A stretch of DNA of 64,000 nt, taken from assembly GCA_033977065.1 (NCBI GenBank), contig JAXCHI010000003.1:320001-384000 (forward strand), given 5' to 3'. Below, piece after piece: positions 17,554 through 26,455 of the stretch; position 1 is the first letter of the stretch, and each line of letters opens with the position of its first letter. Below the pieces are notes generated by a model that saw nothing but the letters and a program-made list of their open reading frames with translations, did not search any database and had not been told where the DNA came from. The DNA is from Candidatus Algichlamydia australiensis. Lineage in GTDB: Bacteria > Chlamydiota > Chlamydiia > Chlamydiales > JAJFMI01. A program made the position numbers and the translations under genes.

Positions 17554-18786
17554 ATGGCATTTCCAGTTAACCAAGGACGCAGTTTTGGAGGCTTTAATAC
17601 AGGCCCACTCAGACAGACTAATGCCTATTTAGACATTTTTGAAACAGCTAGGGAAGGAGAAAATTGGGCGCTTATAGGTCCTGGGTATATGCGATCAGTA
17701 AGTAGTGGTGAAACTCCATATTTTCCTCGTTCTCCACAGGTCGTAGAACTAGCAAAATTAGGTGCTATGAAAAAGATCAGTCATTTAGATGTGTACGATT
17801 CAGCCCCTGAGCTTTTTTCAATTTTGAGACAACCCGGACAGGTCTCCTCTGGCAATTTTAGAATCGGCATTCGAAAAATGCTCGAATTAAACGAATGCGA
17901 TGAAAAACTAACAGAATTTTTTAATAAATTTGCTCAGGCTATTACAGCCGAAAAAAGTGAGCCAGAAATCGAATTCTTGACGCATGATTTTGCCAAACTA
18001 GATCGCGACAATCCTCCTCTTCAAAAAAGATATGATGTTGTATTTGCTACCTTTGTTTTGACAAGCAGTTCATATCTATTCCCACTAATGCTATCAAATT
18101 TTGTTAGAATTCTAAAACCAGGAGGCCGACTTTATATCGAAAATGTACGACAAGATTTGATTGAAGTGGGCCTAGACTGGAGCAATAAAATATTGACAAA
18201 AGAACGATGTGAAGAGAAAAATACACATCTTTTTAAAGTCCATAAAGCTACCCTGCCTATCCTTATGAAGTGTAAACCCAACTCGCAAATACCAGCTTCT
18301 GAAAGCGGATGCGAAAGACTTATGTTCATTTGCTCCAGAGGGCGGGAAAATTCAACAGGTGCTACCATAACGACCACAGAAATTGCAAAAATTTCTCTGA
18401 GTTTTACTCCTGAACTATCCGTAAGAAATAGAGAATTTACATTCAACGATGAAGAATATTGGTTTAAAAGGGCAAAGGAAAATAAAAAATTAGGCAAAAA
18501 TATAAAAAAGAGTTTAAAGAAAAAAAGTGAGGGAGGATTGAAGTTCTCTCCACTGGATTCCCTACATGGCATGACCCCTCTCCATGTTGCTGTCCTGTCA
18601 AATAACTTGGCCATGCTAAGGTTCTTCTCTAGATTTGTAGAAAAGGCTGAATGGGACAGACCGGACCGCTTTGAAATGTCCCCAAGAGATTACCTAACAG
18701 TGCCACATCACGACAACGAATGGCTAAAAACTTCTGAAACAGAAATTAATACTGTGATCAATAATTTTCGAGACTCTAAAAATTAA
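17554..18786 (+). CDS. Class I SAM-dependent methyltransferase-like domain fused to a C-terminal ankyrin repeat; putative effector
   Basis: IGPG, YDVVF and LKPGGRLYI motifs; ankyrin motif GMTPLHVAVLSNNLAML; GGGAG SD; AT-rich. Confidence 0.7.
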   Translation: MAFPVNQGRSFGGFNTGPLRQTNAYLDIFETAREGENWALIGPGYMRSVSSGETPYFPRSPQVVELAKLGAMKKISHLDVYDSAPELFSILRQPGQVSSGNFRIGIRKMLELNECDEKLTEFFNKFAQAITAEKSEPEIEFLTHDFAKLDRDNPPLQKRYDVVFATFVLTSSSYLFPLMLSNFVRILKPGGRLYIENVRQDLIEVGLDWSNKILTKERCEEKNTHLFKVHKATLPILMKCKPNSQIPASESGCERLMFICSRGRENSTGATITTTEIAKISLSFTPELSVRNREFTFNDEEYWFKRAKENKKLGKNIKKSLKKKSEGGLKFSPLDSLHGMTPLHVAVLSNNLAMLRFFSRFVEKAEWDRPDRFEMSPRDYLTVPHHDNEWLKTSETEINTVINNFRDSKN

Positions 18787-18962
18787 AAATAAATCTTAAC
18801 TAGAAATTAAAGCAATTGTTATTTTGTTTTGAATTTCGTTGTTTTTACATAAGTTTTTTTCATAAAAAATAATAACTGGAAAATATGTTTATATAATTAC
18901 CCTCATTAGAGTTTTGGCAATTTTTGTTATAAAATATCTATTCTAGAAACCTTAAGAGAGAT

Positions 18963-18996
18963 AAAAAAAAGACCCTCCCATCTGGGAGGGCCTTTT
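18963..18996. terminator. Intrinsic terminator between convergent genes (U-tract mainly on the minus strand)
   Basis: A8, then ccctccca-tc-tgggaggg hairpin, then T4. Confidence 0.8.
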
Positions 18997-19016
18997 AAAA
19001 AGCGGTTTTAGTTTTA

Positions 19017-19673
19017 TTATCTCTCTAAGCAAGCTATTTCTAACAAATTTAAAGCAGCAACTTCCGCGGTTAATTTTCGCAGTCTACAAGTATCGTTATG
19101 ACCAAAAATATTTAGAAAAATAAAATTGCCAAAACCATCCCATGCTTTTCCCCACCCCCCTTTTTGGTATGTTTGGATCAAACCTTGGCCTTTCTTTACA
19201 GTTTTTTCCTCTAATCCCACATAATTACCGTTACCTAATCGTCTGTTATGCATAAAAAGAGTTGAGAGTTTTCCTGCATATTTTTCCGCTTCTTCGCGGT
19301 TTCGATTCCAAATATTCTGGTCAACTACGGCATACTTTTGCGCAAAATTTCGCATTTCATTGAGATCCTCTCTGGAGAGATTTTCGCGATTTAGAGGTAA
19401 GTACTTGTTTCCACACCTCTCAGTTTTTTTCAATACTTCATTAAAAACTAAGCAACTTGTCGAATTAGTTATCTTTCTCCTACATAGGGGGCAAGAAGGT
19501 CCTCTTTCTAGACGCTCCAACTCCAACAAAACACTTTTTGAAAACGTATGTCCACAATTTGTGATCACAGGATCGACAAAACGTTCAAGAGTTACAGGAT
19601 CAGTAAATTGATCCTCAAAATCAATAATGTTTGATTCTTCTCTGGTAAAATCAGCTTGCCTTATATTTTGCAT
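19017..19673 (-). CDS. U-box/RING-type E3 ubiquitin ligase-like protein; putative secreted effector
   Basis: FTDPVTLERFVDPVITNCGHTF...SCPLCRRKI matches the U-box consensus; GGAGG SD. Confidence 0.85.
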   Translation of the reverse strand: MQNIRQADFTREESNIIDFEDQFTDPVTLERFVDPVITNCGHTFSKSVLLELERLERGPSCPLCRRKITNSTSCLVFNEVLKKTERCGNKYLPLNRENLSREDLNEMRNFAQKYAVVDQNIWNRNREEAEKYAGKLSTLFMHNRRLGNGNYVGLEEKTVKKGQGLIQTYQKGGWGKAWDGFGNFIFLNIFGHNDTCRLRKLTAEVAALNLLEIACLER

Positions 19674-19708
19674 ACTCCAACCTCCTTTGGCGATTTTTTA
19701 AACAAATC

Positions 19709-19930
19709 TTAACATAAAAGAAATAATTGTCTACGAAATTCAAATGTTTTGCAAAAAGAAGAGCCCTTTTGAACCAATCCTAAAACCCCAAATTTTAATG
19801 GAGAAAAAATTGGCATCGCAACTGCATAAAAAGAATCAATAGAACGTTCTACTTTTAATCCAAAGTAAGTTCCAGTCAAGGGGACTGCTGCTAGCAGAAC
19901 ATAAATCCCTAAATATCTTGCATTGTTCAT
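19709..19930 (-). CDS. Possible small membrane protein
   Basis: 73 aa with hydrophobic segments; no recognisable family or clear SD. Confidence 0.25.
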   Translation of the reverse strand: MNNARYLGIYVLLAAVPLTGTYFGLKVERSIDSFYAVAMPIFSPLKFGVLGLVQKGSSFCKTFEFRRQLFLLC

Positions 19931-19941
19931 TAATTAAACTT

Positions 19942-20130
19942 TTAATTTAGAAGATTGGAGGTATGCTTACCGCTTTTTGCAAGAAGAGTAGTAAACATCT
20001 CTTTATCACTGCACATGGTTAGACCTTTGCATGCGCGCGTTATACCAGTGTGCAAGATTTTTCAAGAAAAGCGTTCCGATCCAGGAGGGAGGAGGAGCAA
20101 GAGCTCATAAAATTTACTCGCTTGACCTTT
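19942..20130 (-). pseudogene. recD: Displaced, degenerate copy of the last 63 codons of recD
   Basis: Translates KGQASKFYELLLLLPPGSERFS*KILHTGITRACKGLTMCSDKEMFTTLLAKSGKHTSNLLN*; aligns without gaps to recD 21557-21745. Confidence 0.92.
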
Positions 20131-20225
20131 CTTAAGAGTGTACAAATAACTGTGTAAACAAAGAAAAGCACCCCATCCCTGGAGAGCTTTAAAATGCATT
20201 GTAGAGAGCTTATGTTAAGGCTTTT

Positions 20226-21410
20226 TCAAGAGAGTGGACCTTTGGTTCTACGCCCTACAAAGCTTTCTAGAAAATTTATTTCCTCTAAAGGAGCTTCTCT
20301 CTCTTTTGCTTTATCAATTGAATCCTGAATATTTGCTTGATGTTCGATCAGTAAATACGCTAGCTCCTCATCTTTTTTTTGGGCTGCGTATCTTAATGGT
20401 GTCATAAAATTGTCATCAAAAAGGTTTGGATCAGCGCCATATTTTAACAACCGCTTTATTTCTGGAAGATTATCAAGAACTTTTTGAGTGTTCTCAAAGC
20501 AAAAAACTACTCTTTTATGAGAACTTATTGCAACAATTAGTTGAGTTTTTCCTTCATAATCTCGGACATCTATAAAACGTTTAGTGTGGGAAGCGAGATG
20601 CTTTTTTATTTCTTCATTTTCAATAAAATCCAACAGTTCAAATATCGAACAACCACGAATTTTCTCTTTAAATAGTCTCTGTTCCTTCAAAAGGATCTTC
20701 TTTACTCGCTCAACTTCTTCATTGAAAACAGCAACCACCAATTCTTCAAAATCATTCCCACACAAGAATGGTGTTTTTACAAATTCAAAGCTTCCTTTTT
20801 TAAGTGCAAGCAATTGCTTTCCAACTTCAAATTTGCCCTCATTTATTGCATAACAAATTGGATGTATAGAAATCTGAATCTCTTGTGCGTATTTAAGAAA
20901 AAGGTCTATTTTAGAGTTATCAATAAATCTTATAATCGCATTCCTGGTTCTTGTTTCGTCAAGGCCTTTTAATCCTCCGTTCTCGAGGAGTAGTTCTGTT
21001 AACTCAAAATTACCAACCTCAAGAGAAATGCTGACAGAGTCTAGTCCAAAATTCGCCCAATTATTTGGATCTGCGTTATGTTCTAGCAACATTTTCGCAA
21101 TCTCTTTCTGTCCTTTTCGCACAGCCTTGCACAAAACTGTTTCATACCCGCTGTCACCCTCCTCATCTAAGAAAACAGCACCTACTTCTTCCTCTTCACA
21201 AACTTTAACAACATTTGGATCTGCTCTATTTTCTAGCAAAAGTTTGACGATCTCTCTGTTTCCTATTGAAACTGCATTCGAAAGTGCGGTTTTTCCATTT
21301 TCTAAAATTGCGTTAAAATCAAAGCCGTTCAAGAGTCCTTGAGTCTCTGAAAAATTTCCCTCTAAAATAGCTCCAAGCAAGCCACTCTCTTTTTCTAACT
21401 TTGCTGTCAT
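20226..21410 (-). CDS. Ankyrin repeat protein; putative effector
   Basis: Multiple ANK motifs (GKTALSNAV...LLENRADPN; LLKYGADPN; MTPLRYAA); GGAGG SD. Confidence 0.92.
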   Translation of the reverse strand: MTAKLEKESGLLGAILEGNFSETQGLLNGFDFNAILENGKTALSNAVSIGNREIVKLLLENRADPNVVKVCEEEEVGAVFLDEEGDSGYETVLCKAVRKGQKEIAKMLLEHNADPNNWANFGLDSVSISLEVGNFELTELLLENGGLKGLDETRTRNAIIRFIDNSKIDLFLKYAQEIQISIHPICYAINEGKFEVGKQLLALKKGSFEFVKTPFLCGNDFEELVVAVFNEEVERVKKILLKEQRLFKEKIRGCSIFELLDFIENEEIKKHLASHTKRFIDVRDYEGKTQLIVAISSHKRVVFCFENTQKVLDNLPEIKRLLKYGADPNLFDDNFMTPLRYAAQKKDEELAYLLIEHQANIQDSIDKAKEREAPLEEINFLESFVGRRTKGPLS

Positions 21411-21475
21411 CTTTACCTCCCTAAAAAACTGACAAGAGATTACAACAATACAAACTTTTCTTGCAACAACTTACC

Positions 21476-21522
21476 AACTCAATTTGCCATCCGCGAGCGA
21501 GAAGGGGATAGCAAATTGAGTT
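21476..21522. repeat. Short palindrome downstream of recD (REP-like remnant or terminator)
   Basis: 12-bp perfect inverted repeat aactcaatttgc / gcaaattgagtt. Confidence 0.7.
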
Positions 21523-21556
21523 AATAGGATTTATTTTTATCTTAGAATTAGAGTAT

Positions 21557-23200
21557 TTACTTTAAAATATTGGAGGTGCGTTTGCCGCTTTTGACTAGAA
21601 GAGAGATGAACATCTCTTTATCGCCGCAAATAGTGAGACTTTTACGCGCGCGGGTGATTCCAGTGTATAAGATTTCTCGAGAAAAGCGCTCTGATCCGGG
21701 AGGAAGAAGAAGTAAGAGCTCATCAAATTCGCTCCCTTGACTTTTGTGAATCGAGAGAGCGTAGCTGATTTCATGCGGAGGAAGAAGAAGCGCAGCCATC
21801 TCCTTGCCACCGGGAAAATAGGCGCGATCTTCCGGCTGGAGTGTCCCATTTTTCTCTTTTATTTCGCGAATAACAATACCCGCTTCTCCATTGTAAAGCT
21901 CATGCTCATAGGAGTTTTTGGTAATCAGGATGGGATAAGCAAAAAAGTAGGGCAACTTACAATTTTCTGTGAGGTGGGCAAGAGCTTGGTCTCCAATTCC
22001 AGAGACTCCGTAACGCCCCTCTCTTAAAGGTGTAAGAATGCGAAATTTTTGCAGGTTTTCTAAAAGTTGTTTTGGGTCGGGGCGCTCTTTTGTTGGTTTA
22101 GGAAAATGGTGCAAGATCGGCTCTTTTAGATCTGCAGGGAGCGGTTGCAAGTTCGCCATTTCAATAGCTTGCGTTTCACCGTGGCGTACGTGATCTGCTA
22201 AGTCCAAAAGCTCTTTGCGGTCAGAGCGCAAACAGCGCGTAAGTTCGCAGTAGTTTTTGGGAAATTTTTGTTTGATGTGTTGGCAAATTTGGGTGAAGAG
22301 ATCGCCTGCTTCTACAGGCGGCAGCTGATCGCCATCACCCATGATAATGAGGCGCGCGTTAGGTGGTACAGCTTGCAAAAATGTCGAGAAAAGGCGCGCA
22401 TCGATCATAGATGCTTCGTCTACAATAATGAGATCCGCATCGAGACGCGGTGGAGTTTGATAGAAATCTTTGGGTCCACGAATTTTTAAGAGTTGATGGA
22501 GAGTTCCAGAGGTTACTTGGTATTGGGTCATTCCCTCTGCTAGCTTTGCAGTCGCTTTTCCAGTCGGAGCTGTGATGAGTACACGGCCCTTGAAGTGGTT
22601 GAGGATGTGCGCAGCGGTAAACGTTTTTCCGCGGCCTGGCCCACCGGTGAGGAGAAGGAAAGAATTTTTTAAGGCTTTGGTGACAGCTTCTCTCTGCTCT
22701 TCGGTGAGTTGGGAAGAGAGTTCTTGAGGCTCGATAGGAGTGCAGGGACGGCTGAGAAGCGCGAGCAGAGTTTTCTCCATGCTCTTTTCAAAGTAGTAGT
22801 TGCGGGAGAGGTAGTAGTGATTGTTTTCCTGAACGATGGGGCCATTTGGCTTAGGGATAAATTGCTTAGCACCACTTAGCGCTTTTTCCAAAATTTCTTC
22901 TGGGCAGTCGGGCAAGATGCGATCTTTTTCTACAGTAATGCAGAGGTGACCCGCGCGCGATTGCGCCATGAGGAGCGCCAAAAATGTTTGGACATCTTCG
23001 CGCTCATCTATCGCCTTTGCAAAGGCTAGGTCGACATGGAAGCACTGAATAGGTGCTCTTTTTGAAAAGGTCTCAAAAATTGAGGCTAAATTGGTTTTGG
23101 AGAACGGAGCTAACTCCTTAAGAGTTAGCGAGTTCGAAAAATCAATTTGGGCCAACTTTTTGCGTCTTTTCGAAAAGTCTGACATGTTCAGGGGTTCCAT
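21557..23200 (-). CDS. recD: Exodeoxyribonuclease V alpha subunit, with a 49-aa palindromic-element insertion near the N-terminus
   Basis: Walker A GGPGRGKT, IVDEASM, GDGDQLPPV, HKSQGSEF and YTGITRAR motifs; follows recB. Start taken as ATG 23200. Confidence 0.93.
   Translation of the reverse strand: MEPLNMSDFSKRRKKLAQIDFSNSLTLKELAPFSKTNLASIFETFSKRAPIQCFHVDLAFAKAIDEREDVQTFLALLMAQSRAGHLCITVEKDRILPDCPEEILEKALSGAKQFIPKPNGPIVQENNHYYLSRNYYFEKSMEKTLLALLSRPCTPIEPQELSSQLTEEQREAVTKALKNSFLLLTGGPGRGKTFTAAHILNHFKGRVLITAPTGKATAKLAEGMTQYQVTSGTLHQLLKIRGPKDFYQTPPRLDADLIIVDEASMIDARLFSTFLQAVPPNARLIIMGDGDQLPPVEAGDLFTQICQHIKQKFPKNYCELTRCLRSDRKELLDLADHVRHGETQAIEMANLQPLPADLKEPILHHFPKPTKERPDPKQLLENLQKFRILTPLREGRYGVSGIGDQALAHLTENCKLPYFFAYPILITKNSYEHELYNGEAGIVIREIKEKNGTLQPEDRAYFPGGKEMAALLLPPHEISYALSIHKSQGSEFDELLLLLPPGSERFSREILYTGITRARKSLTICGDKEMFISLLVKSGKRTSNILK
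23045..23191. mobile_element. 147-bp palindromic (RPE-like) element inserted in frame in recD; contains the recB stop codon
   Basis: ctgaa.../...ttcag termini and central gctaactc-ctta-a-gagttagc hairpin; homologous to the intergenic copy at 33206-33353. Confidence 0.9.
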
Positions 23201-26010
23201 ACACAAGAATAGACTCCCTCATTCCACTTCAAACCGCGCAGAAAAAAGTAGTAGATACCACCTAGCTCCTTGCCCATCAACTTCGCGTAACGCTCAAGCG
23301 CCTCACCATAAATTTTTGCCTGTAAAAAGTATTCATGCGCCTGCATCGCTTTTTCTAAACTCTTTTTTTTATACTGCTCTTTTTCTTTGCCGAGGTAGTT
23401 AGATTTCCAGTCGACAAGATAGAGACGATTCTCTTTTTCAAAGATGAGATCAGCAAATCCTTTTAATCGTGTCTGCTCATTTTGAGGATAGAGAAATTCC
23501 AATTCTGTGACCATGCTTGCTGGAGAAATTTCGGAAAGGTTGTGTCCATCAAATGAGATCGCAAAAGATCGGGTCACCATTGTTGCAATCTCTTCCGCAT
23601 GCTCTTTGTAAACACCGGCGCGTGTCATGGCAAGGATTTGCTCGGCAAAATTTTCTTCTTGGTAAAGCGCCTCATCAACCGTTTTTTCCAAGAGCGCATG
23701 TAGGTAGATGCCGACATCAGCGCCCGCTGGAAGCTCTCCCTCTTCAGGTCTCTCACCTTCAAAAGTGTAGTGCTTTGTTGCAAGTGAGGTAAATGAGTGG
23801 AGATAGGAGGTAGCAAATTCTCTTTGAAAAGAGTGCTGAGTTAAGGCATTTTTCTCTTCAGTATGGAAGGGAGCAGGCTGATCGCTTGCGAGGTCTATCG
23901 TTTCAAACTCCCCCTCTACACTTTCAAAAAAGCGCGCGCCAAGGGTCGGTTTTCCCTGCAAAAGAGGGAAGTAGACACAATCTTTTCCTCGGGTTAGCGC
24001 AACATAGAGCCCGCGCATCGCCTCAGCTTCGGCTCGCGCTTCCTTAGCTGCTAAATTCAAAGCAAAAACCACAGGAAACTCTAATCCTTTGCTCATGTGC
24101 ATCGTCATGATGGTGACACTATTTTCATCGGCAAGGCGCGTTGCTTTGTAGCGCATATCACTATCAAGATGTCTCTTCTTAATCTCTTGCAAACGGCGAG
24201 CGGGATCTGTCGTCTTCGCTTCTAGCAGTAAATCGGCTATCTGCATTAAGTGGCCATACTCTTCCAGGCTAAGTCTTTCATATAAAGTCACGCCATTCCA
24301 TGGGGTTTTGAGTAATTCGTCTAAAAAAGTACTTATTCCCTTTTCCTCAAGTAGAGCGCTAAGGTAAGAGAGTCTTGCAAGTTCTTGTGTAAGATCAGAA
24401 GAAAAAATTTGTTGATCCGTGTAGCCAACAATGGGGTGAGCTAAAAAGCGACGCATCTCACCTTTAAGAGCAGCAAAAAGATCGATAAAGAATTCAAAAC
24501 TAAGAGTTTCGGCAATGTGGACCATTCCCTTAGCGCGTACCGGAATGCGACATTTTGCAAGATAGGTCTCCACGCGTGCTGCTTGATAGCGATCTTTTAC
24601 CAGGATGGCAATATCCGAAAAGGGGCGTTTTAACGCCTCATTTGCGATGAAAGGAAAGAGATCTTCCTCTTTTTCTGCGCGCAAAAAATTGAAACTACCG
24701 CCTTCATCTCCTCCTGCTTCTACCGTGCGGTAATTTAGCGGCAGCCCCTCCTCTTCAAGCCAAGAGCCCGCCCCCGCAAAAAGACGATTGAGTTCTGAGA
24801 GTAAATATTTTTTAGAGCGATAATTTGTGCCGAGTGTGGCAAACGCCTTTTCTCCCATCTGCTCTTTTGCCCGAAAATAAACCTTTAAATCAGCTCCGCG
24901 AAAAGAGTAAATCGACTGCTTTGGATCCCCTACAACAATAAAGCTCTCAGAGTTTAAAAATAGAGTTTTAAAAATATCCCATTGCAGCACATCCGTATCT
25001 TGAAATTCATCGATGATGGCTGCGCGATAGCGTTTTTGAATCGCCTCGCAAAACGCAGGTTTGTTCAATGCGCTTCGCATCTTTTGCAATAACTCATCTG
25101 GAGAAGTCGTCCCCTCTTCGCTCTTTTGCAACTCCTGATTCACACGATGAGCTAAGCGCAAAAAAGTGTTTTGCGGTGAGCGTGCCTCTTCTATCACAGG
25201 AAGAACCGATTCTTGCAATCTAAGTAGAAGAGGAGAGAGCTCTCCTTTGGCTCTTGCCTTGCGATTTTCGTCGGACAGTTTATGCAAGAAAGTTTCTTCT
25301 GCAAGCAGCAAAGAAAAATTCTCCCCATTTCCAAAAAATTCCACTTGTTTAACAAAGTGCGGGTGCAACTCTCCCTGCCGATTGGCCAACCCCTTGTACG
25401 AAGCGCTTGCCTCTTGCAGAGCCGCAAGCAGGTCCTCTGCTTCTATTGGAGGTAGCTCAGCAGAAAATTGCTCCTGCATCTCTAAAAAATTGGGAAGTGC
25501 CTCTCCTTCCCGCGCTGCAATCAAACTCTCTGTCAATCGCTCTATAGAATTTCCAAAAGAACGCAATAAAAGATCGAGCTGCACAGGATCGAACCCCTCT
25601 AAAGGAGAACGCAGCACCTGCAAAATGGCTTTGCGCGCATCTTTTGTCCAATCACTCTCATCAGGATCAGGAAGCGCGGGCGTAAGTCCCGCTTCAAAGG
25701 CAAACTCCGTAAGCATGCGATGGCAAAAGCCGTGAATCGTAAAGACGGCCGCGCGGTCCATCTCAATAATAACCTCTTCTACCCGTTTGCACTTTGGAAG
25801 CGAAGCAATATTGGCATGAATGCGCTCTTTGAGCTCACGTGCAGCCGCACGCGTGAACGTAACAAGGAGCACCTCCTCAACAGAGAAGTTCTCCTCAAGT
25901 ACAAGCCGGGCAAAAATCTTTTCAATCGCAAAGGTCTTGCCCGTACCTGCAGATGCTTCAATAAAATGCCTTCCCAAAACTTGCGTCTTAGGGTCTAGCA
26001 CATCAAACAT
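23188..26010 (-). CDS. recB: Exodeoxyribonuclease V beta subunit
   Basis: EASAGTGKT, TFTRAA, IDEFQDT, VGDPKQSIYSFRGAD and C-terminal nuclease GFADL...DWKSN motifs. Confidence 0.96.
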   Translation of the reverse strand: MFDVLDPKTQVLGRHFIEASAGTGKTFAIEKIFARLVLEENFSVEEVLLVTFTRAAARELKERIHANIASLPKCKRVEEVIIEMDRAAVFTIHGFCHRMLTEFAFEAGLTPALPDPDESDWTKDARKAILQVLRSPLEGFDPVQLDLLLRSFGNSIERLTESLIAAREGEALPNFLEMQEQFSAELPPIEAEDLLAALQEASASYKGLANRQGELHPHFVKQVEFFGNGENFSLLLAEETFLHKLSDENRKARAKGELSPLLLRLQESVLPVIEEARSPQNTFLRLAHRVNQELQKSEEGTTSPDELLQKMRSALNKPAFCEAIQKRYRAAIIDEFQDTDVLQWDIFKTLFLNSESFIVVGDPKQSIYSFRGADLKVYFRAKEQMGEKAFATLGTNYRSKKYLLSELNRLFAGAGSWLEEEGLPLNYRTVEAGGDEGGSFNFLRAEKEEDLFPFIANEALKRPFSDIAILVKDRYQAARVETYLAKCRIPVRAKGMVHIAETLSFEFFIDLFAALKGEMRRFLAHPIVGYTDQQIFSSDLTQELARLSYLSALLEEKGISTFLDELLKTPWNGVTLYERLSLEEYGHLMQIADLLLEAKTTDPARRLQEIKKRHLDSDMRYKATRLADENSVTIMTMHMSKGLEFPVVFALNLAAKEARAEAEAMRGLYVALTRGKDCVYFPLLQGKPTLGARFFESVEGEFETIDLASDQPAPFHTEEKNALTQHSFQREFATSYLHSFTSLATKHYTFEGERPEEGELPAGADVGIYLHALLEKTVDEALYQEENFAEQILAMTRAGVYKEHAEEIATMVTRSFAISFDGHNLSEISPASMVTELEFLYPQNEQTRLKGFADLIFEKENRLYLVDWKSNYLGKEKEQYKKKSLEKAMQAHEYFLQAKIYGEALERYAKLMGKELGGIYYFFLRGLKWNEGVYSCVWNP

Positions 26011-26027
26011 TTTGCACCACTATATTC

Positions 26028-26447
26028 TTAGTCTGCTAACGAATAGATCGTATCAACAGCAGGCGCTTTTGGAGCTGCTGTAACTTTTACACCTTCGTAC
26101 ACAGGCACTTGCTGATCGTTTGGCTTAGTTTGTGCTTGCTGTACATCTCCAATTGGTCCACCCTCATAGATAGGCGTTGAATGCGGTGGTGTCGACTTAA
26201 CTCTATAATCTCCAGCTTCCATTTTCTTTTCTCCTATTTGTTCGTAATCAGTTTCTTGAAACGGCCAACTTCCCTCTTCTCCATTACCAGTATCAAAAAA
26301 AACTCTTTCTCTCACATATGCAACACGAGGGTCTGTTTCAACCATTGCTCTAAGATCTTTTTGAAGATCTTCAGACTCTTGAGACGATGTTGGTGTATGA
26401 CCTCTTACCCCTTCAGTAGCAACTCTTGTGGAAACACTCTGCATCAT
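26028..26447 (-). CDS. Small disordered hypothetical protein with repeated Tyr motifs, between recC and recB
   Basis: 139 aa, GAGG SD, fills the recC-recB gap; TDYEQI, PIYEG, PVYEG and TIYSL motifs. Confidence 0.7.
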   Translation of the reverse strand: MMQSVSTRVATEGVRGHTPTSSQESEDLQKDLRAMVETDPRVAYVRERVFFDTGNGEEGSWPFQETDYEQIGEKKMEAGDYRVKSTPPHSTPIYEGGPIGDVQQAQTKPNDQQVPVYEGVKVTAAPKAPAVDTIYSLAD

Positions 26448-26455
26448 ACCTCAAG

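Noticed and set aside
17310..20140. Recurrent cttaagag motif at effector-islet junctions (~17315, 18951, 20131)
   Set aside because: An AT-rich 8-mer can recur by chance; no larger shared context, so not called an att site.
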